A stretch of 64,000 nucleotides of DNA from Planctomycetota bacterium (GTDB taxonomy: Bacteria > Planctomycetota > UBA8108 > UBA1146): assembly GCA_018694835.1 (NCBI GenBank), contig JABHOG010000015.1:7362-71361 (forward strand), read 5' to 3'. The number at the start of each line of letters is the position of its first letter. Position 1 is the first letter of the stretch. The position numbers and the translations under genes were made by a program. Shown one piece after another: positions 18,157 to 28,712 of this stretch. The notes beneath the pieces are model-generated. The model searched no databases and was not told the origin of the DNA. It saw only the letters and a list, made by a program, of their open reading frames with translations.

Positions 18157-20982
18157 CTATATGTCACAACTTCCACAGTTGTTGACTGGTGCCGCTTCAG
18201 GACCGCCACCGAACATGAACATCAACTGATGGACCACGTCACCCAGGTTCAATTGTTGGTCACCGTTCACATCTCCAGTCCTGGGACAGGCCAGTGTTGA
18301 ACCGCTTCCGAACAAGTACAGCACCAGCGAGATCGGATCGGAAGTGTCGAGGAAACCATCTGCATTGATGTCACCCATCGTAAGGACCTGGACCTCGTTG
18401 AGTCGAGCCTGCGTCGATACGGTTCCACAACTTCCATGCGCCTCGAGTGAGACACTGTAAAATCCAGGCAGTTCGTAGAAGTAAGAAGCATCACCGTCAT
18501 TCTCGATCGTTGCGCCATCTCCGAAGTTCCAAAGCAGGTGATCGATGGTGCCTGTCGACAGATTGGTGAACTCTGCACAGAAGGGAGCAATCCCGATCCA
18601 ACCGGGCAAGAGAAAGTTCGCCTCGGGGGGATCACAGATGGTCACGGGGAACTGGGTAGTGGCAGTTCCGCAAGGATTCACCACCGTTACTGTTACGGTG
18701 TAATCTCCCGATAAGGGATAGATGTGAACCGGATTCAATGCGGGGGATCCACTGCCATCGCCGAAGTCCCAATAGATCAGATTCGCTGTAGATCCTCCAA
18801 GAATGGCCGTAAAGGCGATCGGTAGCGGCTGATCACTGGCCACCGAGGAACTGGTTGCCGTCACGGTCGGGGCAACGCAGGGAGCATTGTCGCCATGAAT
18901 CACCAGCACCAGATCTGTCAGCCAACCTTCCGCACTCGAGATATTGTCCTGCACCGTGAGAATCCAGTTCCCAGCCATCGTTTCGCCGAAAAGAGGATCC
19001 AACGAAGTTGCGGGCTTCATACGAATTCCAGTACCTGCTAGCGTCTCGTCGTGGTCGACTCCGCTGCCGTCATATACGATGTCGATGGTTTGACCGGCGT
19101 GACCACCCAGTTCTTCCAGTAGGACCGTGGTTCCACTCGGTGAGGTCAAGGTGACATGAAGTTGATCTGTCGATGGGTGCAACAGTTTCAATTCCACCTC
19201 CAGGTCCTCGATGGCCAGGTCTTCCAGAACTTCCACTGTGTATACCAGCGGTGATCCAGCATCGTTGAGCAACACCGGTTCCTGCAGATTCAAGGTCCAG
19301 TTCTGGAGGATTCCATCATCGCTCGTAGCAGAATCGATGATCGATAGAGTCCAGTCACCTTGCGCATCCTCGCCAATCAGATCGTCCAGGGATCCTGGAC
19401 CTTGTGGTTGCATCTGCTGTGCGGTTGGCAGGCTCTCCGCTGCGTAGGGGATGGCACTCTGGTTGAAGGTACTGTGGATTTCGCCGGCATAGGCGGGTCC
19501 TTGTTGGACCAGTGTCACCTCAGTGCCCGCTGGACTGGTCAATTTCACCGACAAATCGGACAATAATCCATGCATCAAATTGAGGTCGAGATCGACGTCA
19601 GTCACTGGAATCGCACTGCTGATCGCAATGGCATCGTTCAGTGGAAGTGCCTGGCTGATCGCCTGGTTCGAAACGCCCGACTGTTGCAAGACGGTAAAGA
19701 CGCCGCGGTGGACATTGCGAGTCACCTCGTCGATGCGCAGACACCAGTTGGTGAGTACTCCATCGGAACCGGCGTAGAGATCATCGACGGCGAAGGTCCA
19801 GTGGCCCTGCATTTCCTGTCCATCGAAGTCATCGAGAGAACCAGGACCATCTGGGAACACTCCCTGGCCATCCTGGTCAAAGACGATTCCCCAAAGGGTG
19901 TCGTTGTACTGTGTTTCCGTCAGCAAGGTCACGGTGGTTCCACCAGGGCTGGTCAAGGTTGTTGTGATGTCCGCCGTGAAATCATGTTCCATTTCCAGAT
20001 ACAGATCGACATCTGCGACCGTGCCGTACTGATCCAATAATATGGACTCGGTCAGAACCGAATTGTGACTGATGGGCCGGACTCCGGTGGGACCACAGAT
20101 CTGGTACTCATGCTGACCCGAAAGGATCGGTTGAGGACAAGCGGGTTGGGATTCCACTTCGTAGATTCGATTGAATGAAGCATCGACCAGGAAAGTGGTT
20201 GGCAATCCCAGAGATCCAACCGTGGCGTGCGCCACGCCGTTGATGAAACCACCGATGCTGCTGATGTCAGAAGCTGCTCGAATGTTACCGGTCAGATCCA
20301 AGGTACTGAGAATGTTGACGCTATTGGAACCGGAGGCATTGTGGGGGATCAACAACAGGTTGCAGTCGCTCCTGTATCCGATGCTATTTCCTGCACCACT
20401 TCCCGCAGGATGACCGATGATGTCTCCGAGAAACTCGCCGGACAGCTGATGCCTACTGTATTGGTCATGGGTCACATCGACGGCCCAAATCGTATGGTCC
20501 GCGTCGATGCAGATGTCTCCAATAATTCCTCCACCAGGAAGATCGAGTTGACCCACCGCCAGAGGATTGGATCCATCCTTGAGAGATCTCCACAAATTCT
20601 GGCTGGATCCTGGAACCATCCAGTAGATGTGGTCTCCGTCGATGTCCAATCCAGTGGTGGATACGTTTCCTGCAGGATTGGGAATACTCGTGAGGATTCC
20701 CGCCGAGAGATTGTCGATGTCATAAAGATGTGTGGTTCCGCTGAACATGTCACAGACATAGAGTCTTCTGGAAGGCTCATCGATACAGAGACCCAGCGGG
20801 CTGGTTCCTCCGTGAGTGACAAACTGGATCGAATCTCCTGGTGACATCGTTCCGGTGGTGGATCCGATCGGCGGAGCCAGGGCTGCACTGGTCTGGGAGA
20901 CGGACCCGGGGGTCTGGTTCTGGCAGAGCAGCGGTGTGGAGAGGATGAGGATGATGAGGGTCGAAATGATGTGGGACCGCAT
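18157..20982 (-). CDS. Large secreted protein: beta-propeller-like region, 3 proprotein-convertase P-domains, 2 PKD domains, dockerin-like tail
   Basis: Signal peptide MRSHIISTLIILILSTPLLC; three LTSP.GT.V.L repeats; WDFGDG and WNFGDG PKD motifs; paired GDINADG/GDVNGD repeats. Confidence 0.85.
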   Translation of the reverse strand: MRSHIISTLIILILSTPLLCQNQTPGSVSQTSAALAPPIGSTTGTMSPGDSIQFVTHGGTSPLGLCIDEPSRRLYVCDMFSGTTHLYDIDNLSAGILTSIPNPAGNVSTTGLDIDGDHIYWMVPGSSQNLWRSLKDGSNPLAVGQLDLPGGGIIGDICIDADHTIWAVDVTHDQYSRHQLSGEFLGDIIGHPAGSGAGNSIGYRSDCNLLLIPHNASGSNSVNILSTLDLTGNIRAASDISSIGGFINGVAHATVGSLGLPTTFLVDASFNRIYEVESQPACPQPILSGQHEYQICGPTGVRPISHNSVLTESILLDQYGTVADVDLYLEMEHDFTADITTTLTSPGGTTVTLLTETQYNDTLWGIVFDQDGQGVFPDGPGSLDDFDGQEMQGHWTFAVDDLYAGSDGVLTNWCLRIDEVTRNVHRGVFTVLQQSGVSNQAISQALPLNDAIAISSAIPVTDVDLDLNLMHGLLSDLSVKLTSPAGTEVTLVQQGPAYAGEIHSTFNQSAIPYAAESLPTAQQMQPQGPGSLDDLIGEDAQGDWTLSIIDSATSDDGILQNWTLNLQEPVLLNDAGSPLVYTVEVLEDLAIEDLEVELKLLHPSTDQLHVTLTSPSGTTVLLEELGGHAGQTIDIVYDGSGVDHDETLAGTGIRMKPATSLDPLFGETMAGNWILTVQDNISSAEGWLTDLVLVIHGDNAPCVAPTVTATSSSVASDQPLPIAFTAILGGSTANLIYWDFGDGSGSPALNPVHIYPLSGDYTVTVTVVNPCGTATTQFPVTICDPPEANFLLPGWIGIAPFCAEFTNLSTGTIDHLLWNFGDGATIENDGDASYFYELPGFYSVSLEAHGSCGTVSTQARLNEVQVLTMGDINADGFLDTSDPISLVLYLFGSGSTLACPRTGDVNGDQQLNLGDVVHQLMFMFGGGPEAAPVNNCGSCDI

Positions 20983-21165
20983 CGAGGACCTCCGAGGGGG
21001 CAATACAGGGTAGATTTCGGGATGGAGGTGAAGATGCTTCCTCACCTGTCATTACAGTGACGAACTGTCTATTGTAAACCTTGTTAACATTCCGTCTACC
21101 CTGTCATGGGGCAAGGTTCATGGTACTTTTATCTCTTCGTGTTCGTGTTTCGAAAGGTCACCCCG

Positions 21166-22617
21166 ATGCTCTCTCGCCCTCACCTGTGGACCCTCCTTCT
21201 CCTCATCGGCGGCTTCTTGACCCTGATTGCGACAGTGAGCGGAAAAGATTGCCGGATCGATGAAGACCTTCTGCAGCAACTGGTCAGCGTCGATCCGCAG
21301 CAGCATCAAGCGGCGGTGGAGCAGATCGTGCGTCAGCCGGATCCACAACTCCTGACTTCGTTTCGCGAAATCCTCACACGCAAGGATTCATCCGTGCGCC
21401 GAAGGGTCACCATGCTGGTGGTTCAGGCCTACCCCGAAGATGCGTTCTCCTTCTTTCAAAATTGCATGGAACCGTTCGATCTTCATCGTCAGGAAGCTGC
21501 GGCGCACGGCATCGGTTACCTGATGGATCCACGGGTCGCAGAGGTACTGGAGAAATTACTTTCATCCAAGCATCGGGAGATCCGTATCGCTGCATTGAGG
21601 GGTCTACAGTTGCAATGCCGCAACAGTGTCATGGCTTCATTTCAGCGCGTCATCGGGGCCTCACAGGAGCAGAGTTCAATGGTCGCCATCGATGGTTACC
21701 AGCGAGCCATGAAAGTTCTACTGCGGAGTTGTCTCAAATCGCCTGCAGATCCCGACCTGATGCAGGCGTGGGGCAAGTGGGCGAACTCATCGATCACCTC
21801 GAGTTCGCGCAAGCGCTGGATCTCGTCACTGGAGCCGGAAAGTCCGCTGGCGACCTCCGCCGCCATTCTCTTCGAGTCCAATGAGAACTGGCTCGGGCGA
21901 GTCGCACCGTCCGCAGGTCTCGACTACCAGTTCTCTATGGTGAACCTGGTCTCCGACTCGACCAAGGAGATCATCATTCACGCTTCATCTTCGGACATCG
22001 AAAATCTTCGGTCTCTTTCTTACGACCTCGATCGGGTGATCCATCTTCGCACCGCTTCAGATCTTCTCTTCATCAACCCTTCGTCACTTTCTCCGCGGTG
22101 GTTGGCAGGCTCCGATCCGGAAATCGCATCTCTTGTCTTCAACATTTCCGGTCAGTCATTCCTCCATGCCGGAATCGGCCTCCTCAACATCTCCTACTGG
22201 GAAGGTCGAGTCCAAAATGCGCATCAAGCCACTGTTCGATTCGCTGGTGATTCAGGCCGCTTCCTCGACGAGACGGTCACCGATGAAGCAGGCCAGCAAC
22301 TGTGGAAGCTGAAGGTCCAATCCTGGTTCGAGGGGGGGCATTTTCCTGAAAGCATCAGCATCTACATGACCGGAGCTCAGGTCGGGACCCGCAAGACTCA
22401 CCTACGTCTGGAACTGAAGTTCCAGCAGGTCAATGGGCAATGGTTGCTGGCAGAGGGGAAGACTTTCGAACGGACCGAATCGGGGGAGGAAGAACTTCGC
22501 GCTTATTGCGAGGTAGAACCGCTCTCGCTACCGACACCTTCTCCAGTGCCAGGGGAAGAGGAACCTTCCGACGACGCTTCCGGCCAGGGATCGACAGCGG
22601 GTTCGCCGCGAGAGTAG
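21166..22617 (+). CDS. Exported HEAT-repeat-containing hypothetical protein
   Basis: Signal peptide, HEAT-like helices in the N-terminal half, beta-rich C-terminal half; GAAAGG RBS. Confidence 0.7.
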   Translation: MLSRPHLWTLLLLIGGFLTLIATVSGKDCRIDEDLLQQLVSVDPQQHQAAVEQIVRQPDPQLLTSFREILTRKDSSVRRRVTMLVVQAYPEDAFSFFQNCMEPFDLHRQEAAAHGIGYLMDPRVAEVLEKLLSSKHREIRIAALRGLQLQCRNSVMASFQRVIGASQEQSSMVAIDGYQRAMKVLLRSCLKSPADPDLMQAWGKWANSSITSSSRKRWISSLEPESPLATSAAILFESNENWLGRVAPSAGLDYQFSMVNLVSDSTKEIIIHASSSDIENLRSLSYDLDRVIHLRTASDLLFINPSSLSPRWLAGSDPEIASLVFNISGQSFLHAGIGLLNISYWEGRVQNAHQATVRFAGDSGRFLDETVTDEAGQQLWKLKVQSWFEGGHFPESISIYMTGAQVGTRKTHLRLELKFQQVNGQWLLAEGKTFERTESGEEELRAYCEVEPLSLPTPSPVPGEEEPSDDASGQGSTAGSPRE

Positions 22618-24134
22618 CGCGCCTGGTTTCCTTGAAGACGGTCGATGATGTCGAACCGTTTCGCAGCACGGGCCGCCTCGATGGCGGATTCTTGCCATTG
22701 CTGTGCTTCTCCATAACGAGTCAATGCCGCTAGCACCATTGCCGTACTCTCGACCAGTTCAAGGGTGGTTTGCTTCGACCTGAGAATGGCGAGTTCGCCC
22801 AATGTCTGCTCCAGTTGTGCGTGATCTTTCTCTGGCGAAGTGGCCTCGATACGCGCCATCAAACTCACCAGTCGTGGGCCATTCCCCGTGGCCATCTGGC
22901 CTTCTCGGCAGGTGGTTCTGGCGATCTCGACTTGCTCCAATCGGAGGTAACAGACCACCTCTGCGATCCATGCGACCTCATTGCCGGGTACCTGCTGACG
23001 CACCCGCTTCATCTCTCGGGCCGCCTCCTCGTATTGCTGCTGCCTACGCAGGGCATTGGCTCGATTGAATCGCGCCGAATGGTGTCCGTCATCGAGAACC
23101 AGTGCCTGGTCGTAGCAGCGGATCGCCTCGATTTCATCGCCGTTTTCCGCATGGATCACTCCCAGGTCAAACCAGGCTGTGGTCGCCCCTGGATCGAGTC
23201 GTATCGCTTCTTCGTAACAGCCAAGCGCTTCATCACTTCGCTGTAGTTTGACCAGAGCAGAACCAAGATTGAGCTGAGCTGTTGCAGAATCTGGTGCCAC
23301 CTTCACCGCCTCTTGAAACTGCTCCAGTGCTTTCCGATACTGACCCGCAGTGAAGAAAGTGGTGCCTCGATTGAGTGGGATTCGCGCACCGATAGGCCGA
23401 TTCCTGACCTCGTCTAGCCAGGGGTTCCGTACCCGCGGAAAGGAAGGCCCACGCATCTGCATCTGTTGCTGAGCTTCTTCATCTCGTCCAGCATCGCGCA
23501 AAGCCAGACCGTAGGGATAGCGAAGTCCCGATGAGGCAGGAGAGTATCGCAATGCTTCCTGGAGATAGTCGACCGCCTCCTGTGCATTGCCCTGCTGCAA
23601 TGATATACGTCCCAGGCCAGAGAGTGCCGGTGCACTGCGCGGGTCTAGCCGCAACAATCGCTGAAACCAAACCCGCGCTCCCTCGGCATCTCCCGACTGA
23701 AACTTCAGTTCAGCCGCGGCAACCAGTGTCGGAGGGTGATTCGCGTTATGTTCCAGAATCTCGTTGTACAGTTGCAAGGCCTGCTTTGCCTCCCCCTCCT
23801 TCTGCAAGATGCGAGCGAGCAGGTATCTCCATTGCTGGGAGTCAGGATCGTGGACCAAGGCTCGCTGGTAACAGGCTTGAGCCATCCGGACCATGTCGTA
23901 TCCATGGTAGGAAATTGCAGCGTCACCAAAGGCGACCGCCAATTGCATACCGCTTTGCTCTTTTACCGCTAACTGGAGCTGTGTGTAGGTACGGTTCAAG
24001 TGATCTTCGACATCTGCCTCGAGTCCCACAAGTGGGGGAGACGGTGGAATCGATTCGGACGGATTACACCCACCCGGCACAAGTAACACGGCACCGACGA
24101 AAAGGTAGGGAAGTACTCGATGCAGCGGAATCAC
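22503..24134 (-). CDS. TPR-repeat lipoprotein
   Basis: Lipobox-like VPGGC; many TPR motifs (AQLNLGSAL, AWFDLGVIH); coupled to the ASPIC/UnbV gene. Confidence 0.88.
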   Translation of the reverse strand: MIPLHRVLPYLFVGAVLLVPGGCNPSESIPPSPPLVGLEADVEDHLNRTYTQLQLAVKEQSGMQLAVAFGDAAISYHGYDMVRMAQACYQRALVHDPDSQQWRYLLARILQKEGEAKQALQLYNEILEHNANHPPTLVAAAELKFQSGDAEGARVWFQRLLRLDPRSAPALSGLGRISLQQGNAQEAVDYLQEALRYSPASSGLRYPYGLALRDAGRDEEAQQQMQMRGPSFPRVRNPWLDEVRNRPIGARIPLNRGTTFFTAGQYRKALEQFQEAVKVAPDSATAQLNLGSALVKLQRSDEALGCYEEAIRLDPGATTAWFDLGVIHAENGDEIEAIRCYDQALVLDDGHHSARFNRANALRRQQQYEEAAREMKRVRQQVPGNEVAWIAEVVCYLRLEQVEIARTTCREGQMATGNGPRLVSLMARIEATSPEKDHAQLEQTLGELAILRSKQTTLELVESTAMVLAALTRYGEAQQWQESAIEAARAAKRFDIIDRLQGNQARYSRGEPAVDPWPEASSEGSSSPGTGEGVGSESGSTSQ

Positions 24135-25972
24135 TCCCCCTGACCTTGCGACAAGACGTGGTAGCGACGCACCTCCAACGTAGAAAATATTTCATCGCTT
24201 CCGTCGGGCCAGTGGACCACAACAGAGCACTGGTCCTCGACAGACCCGAGACCGACCAGGATTCGTGGATCGCTGCTGCTGAGGTAGGATCCGCCGCGCC
24301 TGCGACTACGATAGCGTACCGGGATTCCCTGTTGCAGGATCTCGCACCGGACTCCTTCAAGATTCTGCTGTTCTGTTCCCATGAGGTCGAGTCCGATCCA
24401 CGAACTTTTCGATCCAACGCGGTTCATCAACAGTCTCACAGGACCGGCGTTGTTGTTGACGAGGATATCCGTATCTCCATCGTTATCGATATCGCCAAAC
24501 GCCGCACCTCGGCCGATGAATGGCCTGGCCAGAGCCTGTACCAGGGCAGAGTCAATCTCCTGGAAGTTCTGGCCTTGTTGATTGAGAAACAACTGGTCAG
24601 GTTGGGCCAAGGGATAAGGATCCCCTGCGGCAACCCTCTCATCCATTCTCTTCACCGCACCGTTGGTGATGAAAACATCCAGCCAGCCATCATTATCAAG
24701 ATCGAACCATGCGGTACCAAATCCAGTCCAACGACGACTGGGAATTCCCAGCCCCGAACGAGAGGATTGGTCATCGAATCTACCTTCGCCGTCATTGCGA
24801 TAGAGCGTATTGGTCTCCCCTGTCAGATGTGTGAGAAAGATGTCCTCATCCCCGTCTCCATCGAAATCCGCCAGTGATGCGCCCATCGACGCCTCCGGCA
24901 TGCCATCTCGGTTGACCGCACATCCACCCAGCAAGGCTGTGTCTTCGAAGCGAAATGGCGCTACTTGTCGCCACAATCGATTGGCCATGCCGTCATTGGC
25001 AACATAGATGTCGAGTTCGCCATCTCCATCCAGATCGGAACAGATGACTCCCAGGCCAGCTCCCGAAGCGGCGCCGATGCCACTCGAAGAGGTCAGATCC
25101 TCGAAGGTGCCATCGCCACGATTCCGGTAGATTCTATCGGGTAGCGGGGGGTAGGAACTGGGACCGCAGTAATCGACGGCACTACTGTCGGTGAAACACT
25201 GCTTGTGATTTTGAAGGGTGAAATCGACGTAACTACACACGTACAGATCTGCATCACCATCTCGGTCGAAGTCGCTGAAGATGGCGCTGGTATTCCAGCG
25301 ATCGTCTCCTAGTCCCGACAGTATCGTCTGGTCTCTAAAGGTCCCATCCCCTTGATTGATCCATAACTGATCGGAACCGAAACAGGTCAGGTAGAGATCG
25401 ACATCCCCATCGCCTTCTACATCTCCCACAGCACAGCCCATTCCATATCCAGTGGCGACGATTCCGCTCGATTCTGTCACGTCTATAAAGCGCGGATTCT
25501 GCTCCTGGTCGGGGCCTTCATTTCGATACAAACGGGCACCGGCGGATGGCAATCCTGTGATGGGGAGGATTCGATCGGCCTCCGTCTTGCTTTCGCCCAA
25601 CAGGTGTCCTTGAGGCAAAAAGATGTCGAGATCGCCATCTCCATCAAAATCGAGGAACGCTGAACCGGGGCCGACCGTTTCACAGAAGTAGAGTTCTCCA
25701 GTCATTCCGTTGTCATGCCAGAAATGTAGCCCTGCAGACCTTGTGATCTCGCTCAATACCTGTGGAGATGAGGGGGAATCACACCCACCGGATGAAAATC
25801 CCAGTGACCCCAGCAGAAGGCACAGAACGAGCACACGAGGTGATCGGGCCTCGAGTTGGCAACCAGGGCCGCCATCGGGTGTTACAAATAGATTGGAGGT
25901 CGACTGGAGATCCCTGATAATGATCGACACGGGATCCACCTCGCTGGGTTCATGCGTCCATGGGTCACTCAA
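24131..25972 (-). CDS. CRTAC1-family protein (FG-GAP repeats + ASPIC/UnbV); true start probably internal
   Basis: Repeated DFDGDGD.D motifs, GRGAAFGDIDNDGDTD, C-terminal GGSYLSSSDPRILVGLG...WPDG. Confidence 0.9.
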   Translation of the reverse strand: MSDPWTHEPSEVDPVSIIIRDLQSTSNLFVTPDGGPGCQLEARSPRVLVLCLLLGSLGFSSGGCDSPSSPQVLSEITRSAGLHFWHDNGMTGELYFCETVGPGSAFLDFDGDGDLDIFLPQGHLLGESKTEADRILPITGLPSAGARLYRNEGPDQEQNPRFIDVTESSGIVATGYGMGCAVGDVEGDGDVDLYLTCFGSDQLWINQGDGTFRDQTILSGLGDDRWNTSAIFSDFDRDGDADLYVCSYVDFTLQNHKQCFTDSSAVDYCGPSSYPPLPDRIYRNRGDGTFEDLTSSSGIGAASGAGLGVICSDLDGDGELDIYVANDGMANRLWRQVAPFRFEDTALLGGCAVNRDGMPEASMGASLADFDGDGDEDIFLTHLTGETNTLYRNDGEGRFDDQSSRSGLGIPSRRWTGFGTAWFDLDNDGWLDVFITNGAVKRMDERVAAGDPYPLAQPDQLFLNQQGQNFQEIDSALVQALARPFIGRGAAFGDIDNDGDTDILVNNNAGPVRLLMNRVGSKSSWIGLDLMGTEQQNLEGVRCEILQQGIPVRYRSRRRGGSYLSSSDPRILVGLGSVEDQCSVVVHWPDGSDEIFSTLEVRRYHVLSQGQGE

Positions 25973-26051
25973 GCGGTGAGAAGAGTCCGGAGGCGATCTC
26001 GCTCCCGGGAATCACCGTCAAGCAACCCCTGCTGGAACAGGATACACCGTC

Positions 26052-27134
26052 ATGAGGCTAGTTTCAGCAGTACCGTCCGTTACCGATAAGGGAACGTCGA
26101 TCGGTAGACTCAGATTCTCTCGGATGAGCCTCCCCTGTGTCTTGCTGTGCCCGTTGATCCTACTGACGAGCTTCGCCAATCCTCTTCATGCGGATCTCTT
26201 TCACCTCGATGATGGCCGTGTCCTCGACGGGTCCATCGTGCGTGAAGTTGCAGATCTGGTGTCGATCCGCACCATCGATGGATCAGTGGTCACCGTGGAT
26301 CGTTCACAGATCCGCAAGACCGAGTTGAGAGCTACACCCTTCGATGAGTACAACAAGCGAGCTGCCGAATTGAAGGCCGAAGATCTGACGGGCCATGTCG
26401 ATCTCGCCCGCTGGTGTGATGGAAAGAGCCTCAAGACCCAGGCGCTGAAGGAATGGAAAATTGTCATCCGGATCGATCCGGACCATGAACTCGCCCGTTC
26501 AAAGTTGGGTTACTTGTGGATTGGAGGAGATTGGTATCTCGCCAACTCCGCCGAGGCGAAGGCGCGTAAAGCGGAACTGGAAAAAGACCCTGAATCTCCA
26601 GTGCGTGAGATCCCCAAAGAATTGCTTCTGCCAGAATGGGATCTAAAGAGAGACAAGGTCCCAGAATTGCCACCTCTTCCGCGAACCGGATACGAACGAG
26701 TGGTGGTGGTTACAGACGAGAAGGTGGGCAAGTCTTCGCCAGAACACTCGGGACTGACTTATCACCTGCGAAGGATGGGCGGAAAGTTACAGTTCGTCCC
26801 GGGTAAAGACGATGGCAAGGTTCCAGTCGTCGTCAAGGTGAAGATTCGCTGCTACTTCGTCAAGTTACAGACCTTCTATGGAGCACCCATTTCGAACATC
26901 TTTGAGGGAGAGGCCAAGGCTCAATTCTTCGAACGTAATTCCGAGGGGAAGATGGTATTGCGCAAGACTTCAATGATTCGAATCCCATTCTCAGCCAGCG
27001 CAGCGAGACCCAAGGAACAGGCGTTACAATTCACCTATTACGTCACCCTGGAATCGGTAGCGGCCAAGTTATCGCGCTGGGCATGGTTCAAGAAGCGTGG
27101 ATCGACCTCGCTGCCGATGCCTGAAACCCTCTGA
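26052..27134 (+). CDS. Exported hypothetical protein (start possibly ATG 26124)
   Basis: ADLFHLDDGRVLDG and LARWC...IDPDHELARSKLGY motifs, of a kind common in planctomycete exported proteins. Confidence 0.75.
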   Translation: MRLVSAVPSVTDKGTSIGRLRFSRMSLPCVLLCPLILLTSFANPLHADLFHLDDGRVLDGSIVREVADLVSIRTIDGSVVTVDRSQIRKTELRATPFDEYNKRAAELKAEDLTGHVDLARWCDGKSLKTQALKEWKIVIRIDPDHELARSKLGYLWIGGDWYLANSAEAKARKAELEKDPESPVREIPKELLLPEWDLKRDKVPELPPLPRTGYERVVVVTDEKVGKSSPEHSGLTYHLRRMGGKLQFVPGKDDGKVPVVVKVKIRCYFVKLQTFYGAPISNIFEGEAKAQFFERNSEGKMVLRKTSMIRIPFSASAARPKEQALQFTYYVTLESVAAKLSRWAWFKKRGSTSLPMPETL

Positions 27135-27373
27135 TGGCAGATTTGCAAGAAGACTCGAGCAGCCACAACGTCCATCCCTTGCCGATTGCGGGATCTCGAG
27201 CTCGCTCACTGGTTCGGCTTCAACTCCTCCAGGGAGCCTTCACCGGGGTGCTTCAAATCCTTCGAATACCGCTGTTCCTGCTTCAACGAAAATCCATCTC
27301 CAGCCGGATCTCTCGAATCGTCAAGGATCAGGCCAAGAAAAGGGATCGATCCGACTCCCAACCCCCTTCTTGA
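27134..27373 (+). CDS. Small hypothetical protein
   Basis: TGATG overlap with the upstream stop; fills the gap before pgk. Confidence 0.4.
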   Translation: MADLQEDSSSHNVHPLPIAGSRARSLVRLQLLQGAFTGVLQILRIPLFLLQRKSISSRISRIVKDQAKKRDRSDSQPPS

Positions 27374-27506
27374 GCGTAGATCACACCTCGTTCGAAGGGT
27401 GAGCGGTACCTTTCGACAGCCCGGGAGATGATGAGAGTCCTTTCTTGGCGCGGACGACCTTGGTAATCTTCGCCCAACTGGAACCTCGCCCCGACAGGAG
27501 AGTACA

Positions 27507-28712
27507 GTGCGCACCATCACTGATCTGCTTGAACTGCTCCAGCCCGGCGATCCGGTGCTGCTGCGCTGTGATCTCAACGTGCCCCTCCAGCAGGGGCAGG
27601 TCACCGATACCAATCGTATCGAGGCGAGTCTACCGACGATCCAGGCTTTGCAAAAAGCGGGTGCCAGGATTGTATTGATGACACATCTCGGACGCCCTGA
27701 AGGCATCGATCCCCGTCTCTCGACGGCGGTGGTGGCCCGAGCATTACAAGGCTTGCTAGGAACGGAAGTGGTTCACTTCGATGAACTGCCTCCGGGGCCG
27801 CGCTTTCACGAGCAACTCGCCGGTCTCCCTGCGGGGGGAATTCTGATGATGGAAAATCTCCGATTCCACCGCGGTGAGAAGTCCAATGACCGACAGTGGG
27901 CTGCCGCCCTCGCCCACGGTTGCCGCTTCTACGTCAATGACGCTTTCGGCTGCTCTCATCGTTCCCACGCTTCGGTGGTGGCAGTGGCCAGTTGCCTTCC
28001 TTCCTTTGCCGGGCTTCTGCTGATGCGAGAAATCGAAATTTTGAGTCAATTGCGAGATGACCCGATCCGCCCCTTCTGGATCATCGCTGGTGGCGCCAAG
28101 GTGCGAGATAAGATCGGTGTGCTGGCGCATCTGGCGCAACAACTGGACGGGGTCATCTGTGGTGGAGGTCTGGCCAACACCCTGCTCGAAGGCGCAGGGG
28201 TTCCAGTAGGCCAATCCACAACCGAACCGGAGTCTCTCTCGCAGATTACCCAGCTTCTCGAGGGTCAGACGGGTCATGGTCCGGAAATGGTACTCCCCAT
28301 CGATTTCATCACGGGAGATGATCTCACTGCTCCGACCCACACCCAACAGATCGTTTCAGGCGAAGAACCGCAACCCGGAATGATGCTGCTCGATGTGGGG
28401 CCACAGAGTGTCGAGTTGTTTACCCGCAAGCTGCAATCGGCGAGGACCATCTTCTGGAATGGTCCACTGGGTGTCTTTGAAACCAAGCAGTTCAGTGGTG
28501 GAACCGCCTCGATGGCCAAGATGTTGGCTCAACATCCAGGTCAGGTCGTGGTCGGAGGAGGAGATAGCGCCGCTGCTGCTCGTCTCTTTGGAATTGCTGA
28601 TTCCGTGCATCATGTGTCGACCGGTGGAGGCGCCGCTCTCGAGTTTCTCGGGGGAAGCGTGTTACCCGGTATCGCCGCCCTCGCCGATCTATCCGCCGGA
28701 GAATCTCGGTGA
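27507..28712 (+). CDS. pgk: Phosphoglycerate kinase
   Basis: RCDLNVP, HLGRP, ENLRF, NDAFG..HR.HAS, WNGPLGVFE, GGGDS, STGGGA. Confidence 0.97.
   Translation: MRTITDLLELLQPGDPVLLRCDLNVPLQQGQVTDTNRIEASLPTIQALQKAGARIVLMTHLGRPEGIDPRLSTAVVARALQGLLGTEVVHFDELPPGPRFHEQLAGLPAGGILMMENLRFHRGEKSNDRQWAAALAHGCRFYVNDAFGCSHRSHASVVAVASCLPSFAGLLLMREIEILSQLRDDPIRPFWIIAGGAKVRDKIGVLAHLAQQLDGVICGGGLANTLLEGAGVPVGQSTTEPESLSQITQLLEGQTGHGPEMVLPIDFITGDDLTAPTHTQQIVSGEEPQPGMMLLDVGPQSVELFTRKLQSARTIFWNGPLGVFETKQFSGGTASMAKMLAQHPGQVVVGGGDSAAAARLFGIADSVHHVSTGGGAALEFLGGSVLPGIAALADLSAGESR

Noticed and set aside
23531-24877. 448-aa + strand ORF and similar long shadow ORFs (e.g. 31951-32967, 41038-41781, 44342-45166)
   Set aside because: Antisense to well-supported genes in a GC-rich genome, with no recognisable motifs
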